This document shows positions 48,751-61,400 of a stretch of DNA of 64,000 nucleotides, piece after piece. The stretch comes from Paraspadella gotoi. Its lineage: Eukaryota > Animalia > Chaetognatha. A model generated the notes under the pieces. It was not told the DNA's origin. It did not search any database and saw nothing but the letters and a program-made list of their open reading frames with translations. Location: the NCBI GenBank assembly GCA_051294375.1, contig JBJCIZ010000042.1, positions 1 to 64,000 on the forward strand. The letters run 5' to 3'. The position numbers were made by a program, and so were the translations under genes. How positions within the stretch are numbered: the stretch's first letter is position 1; each line of letters begins with the position of its first letter.

Positions 48751-49639
48751 AATAAAGTAACTACTCAGACAGAATGTCAGGGCCAGAGATGGGTGTATAT
48801 TTTTAACCTCTGTTGTTTAAGATGCTGTAGCTCTAGATGACTGGACCGATTTTTTTTTAAGTTACACATGGATTTCTATATTTTTTTTAGAAAACATATA
48901 TTACAATGGCCCATAAAAATTAAAGCTAAAAGTATCTCGGTTTTTTGGCAGAATCTTCAAAAATGTTTTTTCTTCTATTTTATTTTTGGCCACTTGTCTT
49001 TCGGAGCTATAGCTCTTGAATGCTTGGAGACGATTTTCCTTCAAACTACAATATATATGGATTCTTGGCAAATTTAAAATCTACATTATAATATGTGCGT
49101 AAATCATTCACCGGCTTCTTAAAGTTCGAAGAGTGTCTTATTTTTCGCATGTCTGTACTACGAAGTAAACGGAAATGAATTCGATGAAATAATGAATGTT
49201 CTTGTTGTTTTCTCAAATTTCAAATTTGGTCAGCGAAATGTCATAAATTCGGAATTTATGAGAAACTCGAACATTATGATTGGGACATCTCAATGGCAGA
49301 TTGTTGCTATCAAGGAGCGTAGAAACATTAGGCAACAATCAAGGCAATGAATATGAAAGAAATCGTCCGAGTTTGTCAAGGTTTGATTCACTGTCTTCAA
49401 AGAGTTTTAAAAAGAAATAGATAAACGATTAATTTGATACAATGAAAAAAACATTGGATACACATATGAAGCGGCTAAAGAGAGAGAGAGAGGGGAGAGC
49501 GACGAGATATCGGAGAGAAGCGAAAGCGACGAGTATCGAGAAAGAGAGGAAGCGACGGATAGAGAGAGAGAGAGAGAAGAGAGCGACAGAGATAGAACGG
49601 AGAAAGAAGAGAAAGACGGAAATATCCGATGAACTAAAT

Positions 49640-52600
49640 CACGTGACTCGGGAGGCAGGGACGCGGCGCGGCGGGCGCTGCGGGCGCTGATGGTGAACAT
49701 AGACAGCTGCTCGTCAGGTGCTTCGCTGGGCGCGTCAGGCGCGTCGTCAGCTGCCTGGAACCGAGGTCACGTGATCAGGAGAAACGAGGAACGGAGGAAG
49801 CTATAAAGGAAAGGAGGAAAGGAAAGAGGGTCATCCACTTTTCCAATCCACGAGGACAGAGCTGCGGCTCTGTTGTACATTAATGGAATAATGTTGTGAC
49901 TCTTACTATTATCTTCAAATAAATATACGTTATCTAACTCATTTACTTCAATTATTCTGACGCTAAAATAATAGCCCAAGCTAGTAAGGTGCTTGTAGCA
50001 GCCAAGGCCTAGCACGCTCAAATTGCGACCTTGCCAGGATCGCGCTGGCGAACACATCTTTACTACGCTACGCCGGAGGAACCACCTACCTTCTTGGTCT
50101 CCACGCGTTACAATCTCTCCTCGTGCACTTGAAATATTCCTGTTGGGACTGATCGTGAAATATGGCCGACTGGACGACAACGAGCGGACGCCAATCCCGG
50201 GTCACGCCCCTTACGACGGGGGCGAGGCGGCCCCGGGATCTCGCTTGGCCACGACCTTTGTTTCGCCGGAGGAAGACGTCAGGCGGATCCCGCTCCCCTC
50301 ACTCCCGCCTCCACACTCTCCTCTTCCGCCGCCGCCTCGCCACCATCACCGAGCAGCAGGGAGCGTTCGCCCCTCCCCCACGCTACACGGTACGTCCACC
50401 TCGGGTTGGGGACGATTATCTGCTCCAAGGCATCAACCGCCTCTCCTTGCACTGGGAGAGGTGTGGAGAGGCAGAACGCTTTCTGCAGCACTGGACGCCG
50501 TGACGAGTCGAATGACGCCCGAGCGGACCAGACTCAGACGGGCCGCGTCTGAACTATCAATGGTAAACCGAGGAGGAGGAGGAGGAGGGACGGGACGAGC
50601 CGGACATGCCAGGTCCGGCGCCGAAAAGCCATCGGACGGAGAGAGGAGGATGCCGGGCGGCGCTGCTGGCGCAAATCGCAGCGGGCTCCGCCTCTGCTGT
50701 TGGCGCCGCTGCTGGGGGCACCACTGTCCGGTTTTCCGTGCCGACAACGGGGCAGACTTTCCTCGATTTTCGGAGGACGCTTCCCATCAGAGCGTTCTCG
50801 TTGCTTTCGAGGCGAAGCGACGGCGTGGTGAAAGGTCCCTAAGAAGAATTGGCGGCGCGAGATTCCGTGGGCCCTCTGAAGGACTGCCGCCTCGGACACT
50901 GGCGGTCAACTTTCGCCACTGCGGGAACCAACAGTCGACGTATGAGGATTTCCTCCGCGATTCACCTGATTCCCAGGTGATGGAGACACATTCAGCGACA
51001 CTGCAAGCCGGTATTGCCGTTGTTGTGAACGCCCGCCGGACATCTGACGTGGAAGAAGACCTGGATGGATCTACGACTGGTGCGTCTTGCGCTGAAGTCC
51101 CTATGATCCGTACGGGCGTCCTAGTAGCTGATCTGGCTGTACATTGATGCATAGTGGGTACACACAGTACGGCAAATTCGAGGATTAAATGCGTTGGAGA
51201 ATGCTTTCTTACCACGAATCCTCAAAGGGAGAGCTGGGCCGCGCTGACCGGGCTCAGATTCCCAAATCAGCTCGAGCGAGGCGCGTTGGAGAGGCGACGG
51301 TCCTATGGAGGACCTTTGGGGAATCACGGAGGCGCCGACAGAGCAAATTGTTCGCCGCTCTATGGCGGCCGGGCCGGCGCTCGACCCGGCGGAACGGCGT
51401 CCAATCGGAACGACGTCGTCTGCTGGGCGCTGTGACAAGACCGGTCACGTAAAGGCCGAGTGCTCGGGAAACTTGCCACCCGCAAAAGAACGCCAGCAAA
51501 GAAGCCCTTCAAAGACGACTTCAGAAGAAGAACCTTCAATGCCACAGGAAGGGCTGGAAGGGGCGCGGAAAGGAGAACTATCCTCCAAAGGCGACCAACT
51601 AACCGATCGACCTCCAATTAGGCGGAGGCGAAATAAGGGTTGAGTCGCGGGGACGAATTGTGGCCTCACCCATCGACGGAATGGCGTCCGGTCACCTTCC
51701 CGTCAACCGAGGCGCTGCTTTCGGATGGCTCGCGTCGGACATTCGCTCGGATAGACTGTCTCCTTGTGTTAATATTTTATACGACTTTCACATTTAAGCG
51801 TAGTTATATACATTTTCTTTTACTGATAACGTCGAATGTCAACAGAGGTGAGAGCCTACGATTTCACTCCTGTTCCATTCGATATATTAGGATCGTAATC
51901 GCTTGGCTGGACATTCCTCTCCGCGCATCGATATGGGGCCGCATGGCGTCGAAACTTCGGCAATGCTCCCAGTTATCATAGTGCTCTGTCAACACCCGGT
52001 AGTGTAATCGTTCCGTCACCTCAGTGTCCAGGGCGGAGTGGATGGTTCTCTCTCGTAACGAGACAAATTCTAGGACGGCAGTCTCTCATTAAGTGAGAAC
52101 TGGATTAGACCCGTAGGGTAATAAGAAACAGTATGTTTAAAATCTCGATTTAAAAAATCCCAGGGACCCCATCCTTCTCTTCATTTCTTTTTTGGAGGAA
52201 AAAGATAACCAATTATCACACGACATATCTAATGATCGATTACAGGAAAGCTCCAATTGTTAATTAGTATCTGTGATAAGAGATATTTTAATTAAATTCA
52301 AATATGTTCACATCAGTCTATAGTGGGAAAGTAGATATACCAACTTGTCGGGATATAAGAGTGGGAGGGGGGCTTACTGATGAGTGAAATGGTAAGAAGC
52401 TAATGTGCTATGTGTGCTGTAAATAACTTAGCTCTGTAATAATATACGATTAATTATATTTGCTAAAGAGAATCCTAGGGACTATGCATAATGGGGTTAG
52501 TACGGAATGCCGTCAATTTATAAAATTTCATATCTAAACCCGAGATGATCCAGTGTGGTTGGTCACTTGTAAATAATTTATCTGTGAGGTATATCAGAGT

Positions 52601-53750
52601 GATAATGTGTTCAGAATGGGACAAATAGCTCAAAGATATTAATTTATACTATATATATCGTTAATCCTATTAAATATCATTGATGTATAACCTCAAAACT
52701 GGAATGAATAGTAAACTCCAATCTAGCTTTACAATATCCGCGAAGGGAAGAAGATGATATAAACATATAAAATTTAATCGGGTGAATTGTGCCAGCTATG
52801 AGGAAACTAAATGGTTGAATAGGCTTACTGTGGGTATCTTGTCGTCTTTATGCGCATTATTAGTGATTATCCAGGTCTCATAATTATATATAAAAAAACA
52901 AAAGTATCTCCTTAAGGCAATATATGGTTACCCGAATATTCGTTAATAAGCGATACTGCGTTTCAGTCAATTCCTGATTAATGTTATATAAAAAGTGCCT
53001 ACTATGGGCGTGGCGATTCCCAGTTTAGTGAAGTTTTAATGGAGCTCGGACGGAGACTTTTTTTTTATCAACAGTGAGTTGATCTTATAACGCGGATCTC
53101 TTGATGTTACGGAGGTCGAGGATGTAAGCACCTGACGAACTATCCCGTTATAAAATAGATTTTGAGTCTTATTTTAAAAGGCGATAGTAAACGCATATGT
53201 GCAAAAATGTTTAAGCGGCCGGTATAAAAGCTCGTTCATCGTTGTTGAACGTGGCTGATTTTGGGTCCGTACTCATTCTCATTAAGTCATCGTCTATTGA
53301 TTGTGTGATTGAGAACGAAGGCCGTGCGGTTAGTACAGGCTATCGTCGATGCCTCCTACGGCTGATACCCGCTGGAGATTTACAAAAGGGCTCATTCAGA
53401 GAGCATATTTGATTTCTGCAGGCCGCCGTGACCTTGATTCTCGCAGGGCAGTGCCAAATGCAGTCAATCGAAGTTCCAGTACTACACGGGCGTAATGCCC
53501 GCCGGTCAGTGAGGCACGATTGAGCCTAACGTCCAGAATTGGCGAATTCGACTACCGTCAAGGTGTTTGTATAGTTATGCATCCCAATCCTCGTCTTTAA
53601 TCTCCAATATGGCGGATTGTTATATACCAGTATATTCCGGGGAGAAATATTAATACATGGTTTCACCATTAGATTTTACAGCGCGCATTTTTTTTCATAT
53701 AATGCTTGAGTGAGCCTAGTCGTTGAGCTATACGACGTTCTAAGCTTCAA
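49640..53750 (+). mobile_element. Highly degenerate Ty3/gypsy-like element (LTR-like leader, gag with zinc knuckle, PR and RT traces)
   Basis: GC-rich gag-like region from ATG ~50162; CWRCDKTGHVKAEC (CX2CX4HX4C) at ~51421 after one frameshift; ALLSDGS protease-like trace; faint RT-like traces at 52900-53400. Confidence 0.6.
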
Positions 53751-54961
53751 ATTGGCCAAACGTACATTTTCCTACCCACACACAAAATTTAATCTCAATC
53801 TATTATGATTAATTATTAATTAATTAATTATTAATTATTAATTCGATTAATTATGGATTAAAATTATTAAAAAAATTAAAAAAAAAGTGACTTATGTTTT
53901 TTCTATTTAAATTCATTTCCACTTGCACGATTCCATCAAAACTTTATATCAAGCTCACTAACACACTTTCCAACCCACACACAAAATTTAATTCCAATCT
54001 ATCCATCCAATTATGATTTATTCGAGTAATTATGGGTTAAAATTAGTAAAAAGATTTAAGTTAATTTGACTTATGTTTTTTTTCCATTTAAACTCATTTC
54101 CACTCGCACGATTCCATCGAAACTTTATTTCCAGCTCAATCATACACTTTCCTAACACCACACAAAATTTTATTTCAATCCATCTATCCAATTACGAGTA
54201 ATTGGAGTTTAATGAAAAGGTGGGAAGGACCTTCCGACAGACGGACCGACGGACGGACGAACATCGTTTGTTTTTTGTGCTTAATTTAGCATTATTTTAC
54301 GTTCTAATGTGACAAAAATTATTTACTGACAAGATTTAGGGGTGGGACCGATGGACCGACAAAGTTAATTATTGAGTCGAAATCTGCTGATAAGCAGATC
54401 CGACTAAAAAGTGTCTGCACAAAGTATAATCCTTTTCTCAATATTTTGATAAGTGGATCATAGAAAAAGTTTGAATTTGCTTTCAACAACGATTTTATTG
54501 GTACATAGTGACGTACATGTACCAATAAATTATTGCTACATAGTGACGTACATGTATCAATAAAATCGTTGTTGAAAGCAAATTCAAACTTCTTCTATTA
54601 TTTCAAACACAACGAAACAAAAGGAAATTCACGATGATAAGTGGATCAAAATTGAAAAAAAATATTATTTTGAAAATTTACTATTTTAGAAGGANNNNNN
54701 NNNNNNNNNNNNNNNNNNNTAATCGTGTGATATTAGTAATAATTATCATTTCATACTCTGAATATCTTTGTTTTGCGTCCACTAATGTATTACATTAACA
54801 AATCTTATACTTCAGGAGTGGATGAGAGCGACTTTATCTTTGAATATTAATTGAATAGATATTATCTCTATTTTCCAATCTATAATTTGTGATGTGGGTA
54901 AATAAGTGTGCTGATTAGCTGGAATTCAAATTTCGATGGAATCTCCGAGTTGGAAATGAAG

Positions 54962-55201
54962 TGAGGAGACATTAATTATGTATATAGTTTTAAAGACAGA
55001 ACCGTTCAATATAAGCAGTCCCTTGAGCTTCGGATCATAGGCTGTAACACCATTTGTACAGGCGGGTTAAGCGCACCCGTCCCTCTTAACTGCAGACGAC
55101 CACCGGGCTAGAACCCCGGACCTTGTGGTTGGGAGGCGATGACTTGCCTCCGGCATCAATGCGCGCTGATGAAACGGTTGGCGGATTATTAGTCCACCAT
55201 A
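54962..55201 (-). mobile_element. Solo LTR of the tRNA-twister TRIM, inserted in a HINE copy
   Basis: Full-length match to 14356-14591; twister-like core 55015-55093 with L4 TCCGAAGC and T1 partner GACGG; splits host motif GGAAATGAG|TTTAAA with an apparent ATGA(G) duplication. Confidence 0.8.
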
Positions 55202-55465
55202 TGAGTTTTAAATTGAAAATATAAAAAAGCTGTTTCACTATTTGATATGCTTTTTTTTAAGTATAAATGTAAAATGCAAACTGGATCACAATTTGAAAGA
55301 TATTATCGTGATTTATCATTGTTTGCTCAAACTTGTTTTTATGATTTAATCGATTAATATATTGGAGTTGCTAAATGAAAACCCGTGAAAAACAAAAAAA
55401 ATTTTTTAAACTGAAAATAAATATTGGTGAAATGTTAGTTAAATTTAATTCGGTTTATGCGCTAG

Positions 55466-58400
55466 TATATGTAATCTACATATGTGGAGTAAAACTTTAT
55501 TTTTATTTTTTTAGTTTGGATACATGTTACTCAGTTTTTCATTCTTACAAATTTTTTTATCGCTCAAACGTTCTTGTTTTACACGGTTTCTCTTCTAATC
55601 GAGATAGACATATATTATTTAAAATAATTGTGATACTAATATTAGGATTTATTTTTTAGTATAAAGGCCTCAATTCGACTTTACCAATCCTTCCAAATGG
55701 AGTAATGCACCCCACAATATGCACTTTATGGATATAATGAAGGACTGAACATTCACAGAGATATTCATGAGTATAAAATATTAAGACAAGTATTCAAATT
55801 AAAATATTGAAATTTGTTATATTTTCTTTATAATATCAAAATATATATTTCAAATTATTTAATTTTTTTACATAACATAATTATTATTTTTAATTTAATC
55901 ACAGCTTTAACCAAAGACCATAGTAATAGCTTGTGATTCCATCTTACCCTTGAGCCTCGTTCCCAATCCTTAACTCCACTTAATTTTATTAAAATCCACC
56001 ATAGTGGGAGTGGACGCAACAATTTTTACATTAAGAATGATTTTATTTTTCAACAAGTAGAAGAACGACAGCTTCAGATGAGAACTTTCTTTGAGCAGTG
56101 TTTAATCACGACTTAATATTAACTCAGCCAAACACCAAAAGATAATAGTAGAGAATAGTAACTTTATTACTAAGTATTGCATATCCAACAGTCGCATTGA
56201 AATATGAGTAGCTGCTCAGAGAAAAAGTAACAGCAGCAGCAGAGCAGAGGACGCAGCTTCTGCTCAAAGCTCCAAAAAACCATATTCAAGTAAAATTAGA
56301 ACATTCATTTAATACGCTGATGGTCTCAGAGGATTATTGAGTATTGATGATACCGTTACTGTGTTAGTATCATTTTTGAATATTAATAAAAAAAAAACCA
56401 AAATAGTTATTATTACCAATGAGAGACAAGATATTCACAATCAAATTTAAGCATGATTTGAGCCCTTCAAAAATAAAATGCCAGGGCTCAATTCAGACAA
56501 AAATTATTTATAAACCCTTTAACACTAAGTCTATAACGAATACGGTATTTACAAGGTCAAGGGTGATCGTGAGAGAGAGAGAGAGAGAGAAAACGATCGA
56601 GGGCCAGTTTGACGAAGGTTGGAGTTGTAAGTTGTTCGCCCACAGGGGGTTTCAGTGAGAGACCTAACTCGACCCGCTTTAACATTAAAACATTTTAAGT
56701 ATCTTTGCTCACATCAGTTCAAACTTGAAGTTGTATATTCGTTTTTAAGAGGGCATGGAATTAATGCTTAATAATTTTAAATAATGCTTTTTTTTAACAT
56801 TTTGCTTTTAAGATTTTAAATACCATGATACGATCGTTTGTTTTTAGAAAATTGAGCGGTCATGGTCTTTTCATTTTATTATGATGAAAGTAAAGATTTC
56901 GACAGTTCGGTAAAAAAAATGAAGGCAAAATTCTAATTTAGTTAGACGTTAGGCGTTAAGATAGAGCGAAATCTATGTCAATGGAGGTGGGTTCAAAGAT
57001 TGGGAACCTTCCTAAACGAAACTACATAATGAAATTTCTGAGAAAACTTTCAATGGACCAATATTTTTGTTAAATGGCTAAAAGCATTAGCATTTTTTAG
57101 CATTAGCATTAGGCATTAGCATTTTTTAGCATTAGCATTTTTCAATATTTATTTTTAGATAAAAAAAGAAAATTTTTTTCAAAAAATTTGTATTTTAAAA
57201 GTAGAATCAAATAGCAAACAATGTCTGACCTGCCCACGAAATTAAACTGTAATTAATTAAATAAATAAGGAATGAAAAAATAAATAAATAAATTACAAAT
57301 AATTTTTTAATTATTATTATCTTTTTAAACATGCATCATTTCTCTTAACTCGCATCATTTTTTTAAATTTGCATTATTTTTTTAACTGCTTCATTTTTCA
57401 ACTTGCTTCATTTTTCAACTTGCATTTTTTTTTTCAACTCGCATCATTTTTTCACTCGCATTATTTTTTTAACTCACATCATTTTTTCAACTTGAATCAT
57501 TTTTCACTTGCATGATTCTTTCAACTTGAATCATTCTTTCAACTTGCATCATTCTTTAACTGCTGATTATCTTTCTACTGCATCAATCTTTCAACTTGAA
57601 TCATTTTTTCAATATGCATGATTTTTTAACTTGCATCATTTTTTCAAGTGTATCATTTTTTCACTAGGTAATTAATTAATTAATTCTTAATTAAACATTA
57701 TGAGTAATCATAATAATAAAAATTCAAGTCAACTTGACTTTGGCTTTCTTCATTCAAACTCATTTTCACTCCTCGATTCAAACTTTTATATCATGCTCAA
57801 TCACACATTTTCCTACCCACACACAAAATTTAATCTCAATCTATTATGATTAATTATTAATTAAGTTAATTATTAATTATTAATTCGATTAATTATGGAT
57901 TAAAATTATTAAAAAAATTAAAAAAAAGTGACTTATGTTTTTTTCTATTTAATTTCATTTCCACTTGCACGATTCCATCAAAACTTTATATCAAGCTCAC
58001 TACACACTTTCCAACCCACACACAAAATTTAATTCCCAATCTATCCATCCAATTTATGATTTATTCGAGTAATTTATGGTTAAAAATTAGTAAAAAGATT
58101 TAAGTTAATTTGACTTATTTTTTTTTCCATTTAAAACTCATTTCCACTCGCACGATTCCATCGAAACTTTATTTCCAGCTCAAATCAATACACTTCCTAA
58201 CACGCAACACCAAAATTTTATTTCAAATCCATCTATCCAATTACGAGTAATTGGAGTTTAAATGAAAAGGTGGAAGGACCTTCCGACAGACGGCCGACGG
58301 ACGGAACGAACATCGTTTGTTTTTTGTGCTTAATTTAGCATTATTTTACAGTTCTAATGTTGACAAAAATTATTTACTGACAAGATTTAGGGGTGGGACC

Positions 58401-61400
58401 GATGGCGACAAAGTTAATTATTGAGTCGAAATCGCTGGATAAACAGATCCGACTAAAAAAGTGTCTGCACAAAGTAAAATCCTTTTCTCAATATTTTGAT
58501 AAGTGGATCATAGAAAAAGTTTTGAATTTGCTTTCAACAAGATTTTATTGGTACATAGTGACGTACATGTACCAATAAATTATTGCGTACATAGTGACGT
58601 ACATGTATCATTTAAAATCGTTGTTGAAAGCAATTCAAACTTCTTCTATTATTTCAAACACAACGAAACAAAAGGAAATTCACGATGATAAGTAGGATCA
58701 AAATTGAAAAAAAATATTATTTTGAAAATTTACTATTTTAGAAAGGATATAAGGAGGATACTGTTCCCCAAACCATAATGATCAAAATATTTTTTGTGGC
58801 TCAATATCATACTATCTCACGTCTAAATGTCCTTGTTTTGTTTACTTCAAATAAAATTTCTGGTTTCAGAAAGCCAACTCTATTATATGTATATCTATTT
58901 TTTCATTGTGTTATTTATATAAATTTTTTAGATTGCAGTCGAGCCATCAATCTCCGAAAAAAGATTGATAAATTTTTATTTTCAAGTTATGAATTATGCT
59001 GTCCACCCGGATGTTCTCCATATCTGCGCCTTATATACAACAAAAAGTAAATTAGATCCTCGGACCGATATTGATTGTTGGCCCGCGACTCTCTTTTTTA
59101 TTTTTAATTGATCACTCCGATCTGTCGGTCTGTCTTTATGAATAGCTGTTTGTATATAATGTATAATTTTTTTTTCTTACTAACACTGCGGCACAAAACA
59201 AAAGAAGATCATTTGTTAGCTCTAAATACCCCCACAGAGTTTCTTTTTTAATTTTAGAAAAATAGTTATAAGAAGTATATTTTTTTAAAAAGCTATCAAT
59301 TGATATAATAAAAATTAATTGGTTCTAGCCAGTAGAAATACAGCAATATTTTAGGTCCAGAGTCTGAAAACGGAATTGAGGAAAAAAAAATTTTTTGGAG
59401 GTTAAGTTGAATGATAATTTTTAGTCGGATCTGCTTATCAGCTCATCCCGACTCTATAATTCACTTTGTCGGTCTGTTGGTCCACCCTTCAGTCTTGTCG
59501 CATTCACTTACATCATGTTAGAACATCGAATTATGATAAATTATGCAAAAAAATGATGTCCATCCATTGTCTTGTCTGTCTCTTTGTCCGTCCCTCCCAC
59601 CTTAGCAAAAAACACAATTACCCGTGATTGAATGGATGGATTAAAATAAAATATTGTGTCTGGGTAGGGAAGTGTGTGAATTGAGCTGTATATGAAGTTT
59701 CGATGGAATCGTCCAGTAGAAATGAGTTTAAATGGAAAAAAAAATATATTTCACTATTTTAAAACAAATTACAAATGAGTGGATGGGGCGATTGATCTGA
59801 AATTTTGTATGGGGTAGGAAAGTGTGAGATTATGCTGGAAATCAAGTTTTGATGGAATCGTTTGAGTGGAAATGAGTTTAAATAGAAAAAAATAAAAAAA
59901 CTGTTTCATTAATTGATTATGCTTCTTTTTTTTTATATTAAATGTAAATGCAAGATGTAATAATTAATCAAATAATAAATAAGTTAATTAATCAATTAGT
60001 CAATTAATTAATCAATAATTAATTAATCAGTCAATTGATCAATCAAAAAACATTTTGGATCATTGCCATTAATTAATTAATTAATTAATTAATTAATTAA
60101 ATAACAGATTCCGACTCTATAATTCACTTTGTCGGTCTGTCTGTCTACCCCCAATCTTGTTGGTCATTCACTTATATCATCTCAGAACATCAAATTATGA
60201 TAAATTATGCAAAAAAATTAATTAATTATTATTAATTAATTAATTAATTACTGATAATGATCGTGGGCAGATCCGACATTGTTTGCTCAAACTTATTTTT
60301 CTGACTGATGATAAAAGATTTCTTACTTTTATTATCTTTTATTTACTTATTTTAATTTGATTTAGGTAAAAAATGGTTGATATCTATCCCTACAGATATT
60401 CTATGTTGAATTTGTTCAGCCAATTTCATATTTTAAACAATTTATAATAGGGAAAACTTATTGACTCTTGTTGACTAAAAAAAAGAAACTAATTTTTTTT
60501 TCGATTTTTTGTACCAATCGATTTTGACGTCCTATAACTTTCGAACGCTTTGCTCGATTTTATTGGGACTTGGACCAATTGCTTTATCTCTCAATAAGCA
60601 TTGTTTTATGTTTCTATATCTAAGTAGAATTGAGCTATCCAATACGGTTTTTCAATGTGAAAATGTGTCTTCTTTTTTTGGCGCAGCATTGTAATGCGGT
60701 CATGCGATCCATGTGAATCGTAAGGCTAAGAATAATGTATGCAATACTGAGCTGTTTTGATTAGTTCTTAGTGAAACAAACTTTAGAAGAATGTAAAAAT
60801 TTGTTATGTATGGCAAGAGCAGGGTTGCTTGTGATGCTTATTGGGATGGGGTATCTCACTGTTGGCTTTGGGTAGCTTCCGACCTCAGTGACGCATCCTG
60901 CTTTGGCAACGCAGAAGGAAGTCGTTAGGACTGTGGATGGAATGCAACGCCCACTCTGAGCCAATGAAATTGGCTGAAAGATAGTTGATGTGAGGCCAGT
61001 GAATATACCACCACAGGATCCTTAGGTCAAGAAATCATCAGGTTCTCCAGGACTCGCTTTGTCAATGCAGAGGGAGGTCGTTAGGACTGTGGATGGAATG
61101 TGGCAAGCGCTTGGGATGGTGCATTCCCTCTATGAGCGCTATGGGATGGCTGAAGATAGTCAGATGTGAGGCCTGTGATTATACCACCACAGGATCCCCA
61201 GGCGCAAGAAATTACTGCAGGTTCTCCAGGTCTCGCTTGCCAATGCAGAGGAAGTCGTTAGGGTGTAGGCTGTGGATTGAAGCGCAACGCTTGGGATAGT
61301 GCAATGCCCCTATGAGCCAATGGGATTGGCTAAATGATAGAGGATGTGGGGTGGTGTTAATATAGTCCGCAGCATATGCATTCTATTTATTCTGGAGTAA

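Noticed and set aside
50023-51147. 374-aa ORF as an intact gene
   Set aside because: GC-rich off-frame reading of a frameshifted gag remnant; no coherent domain
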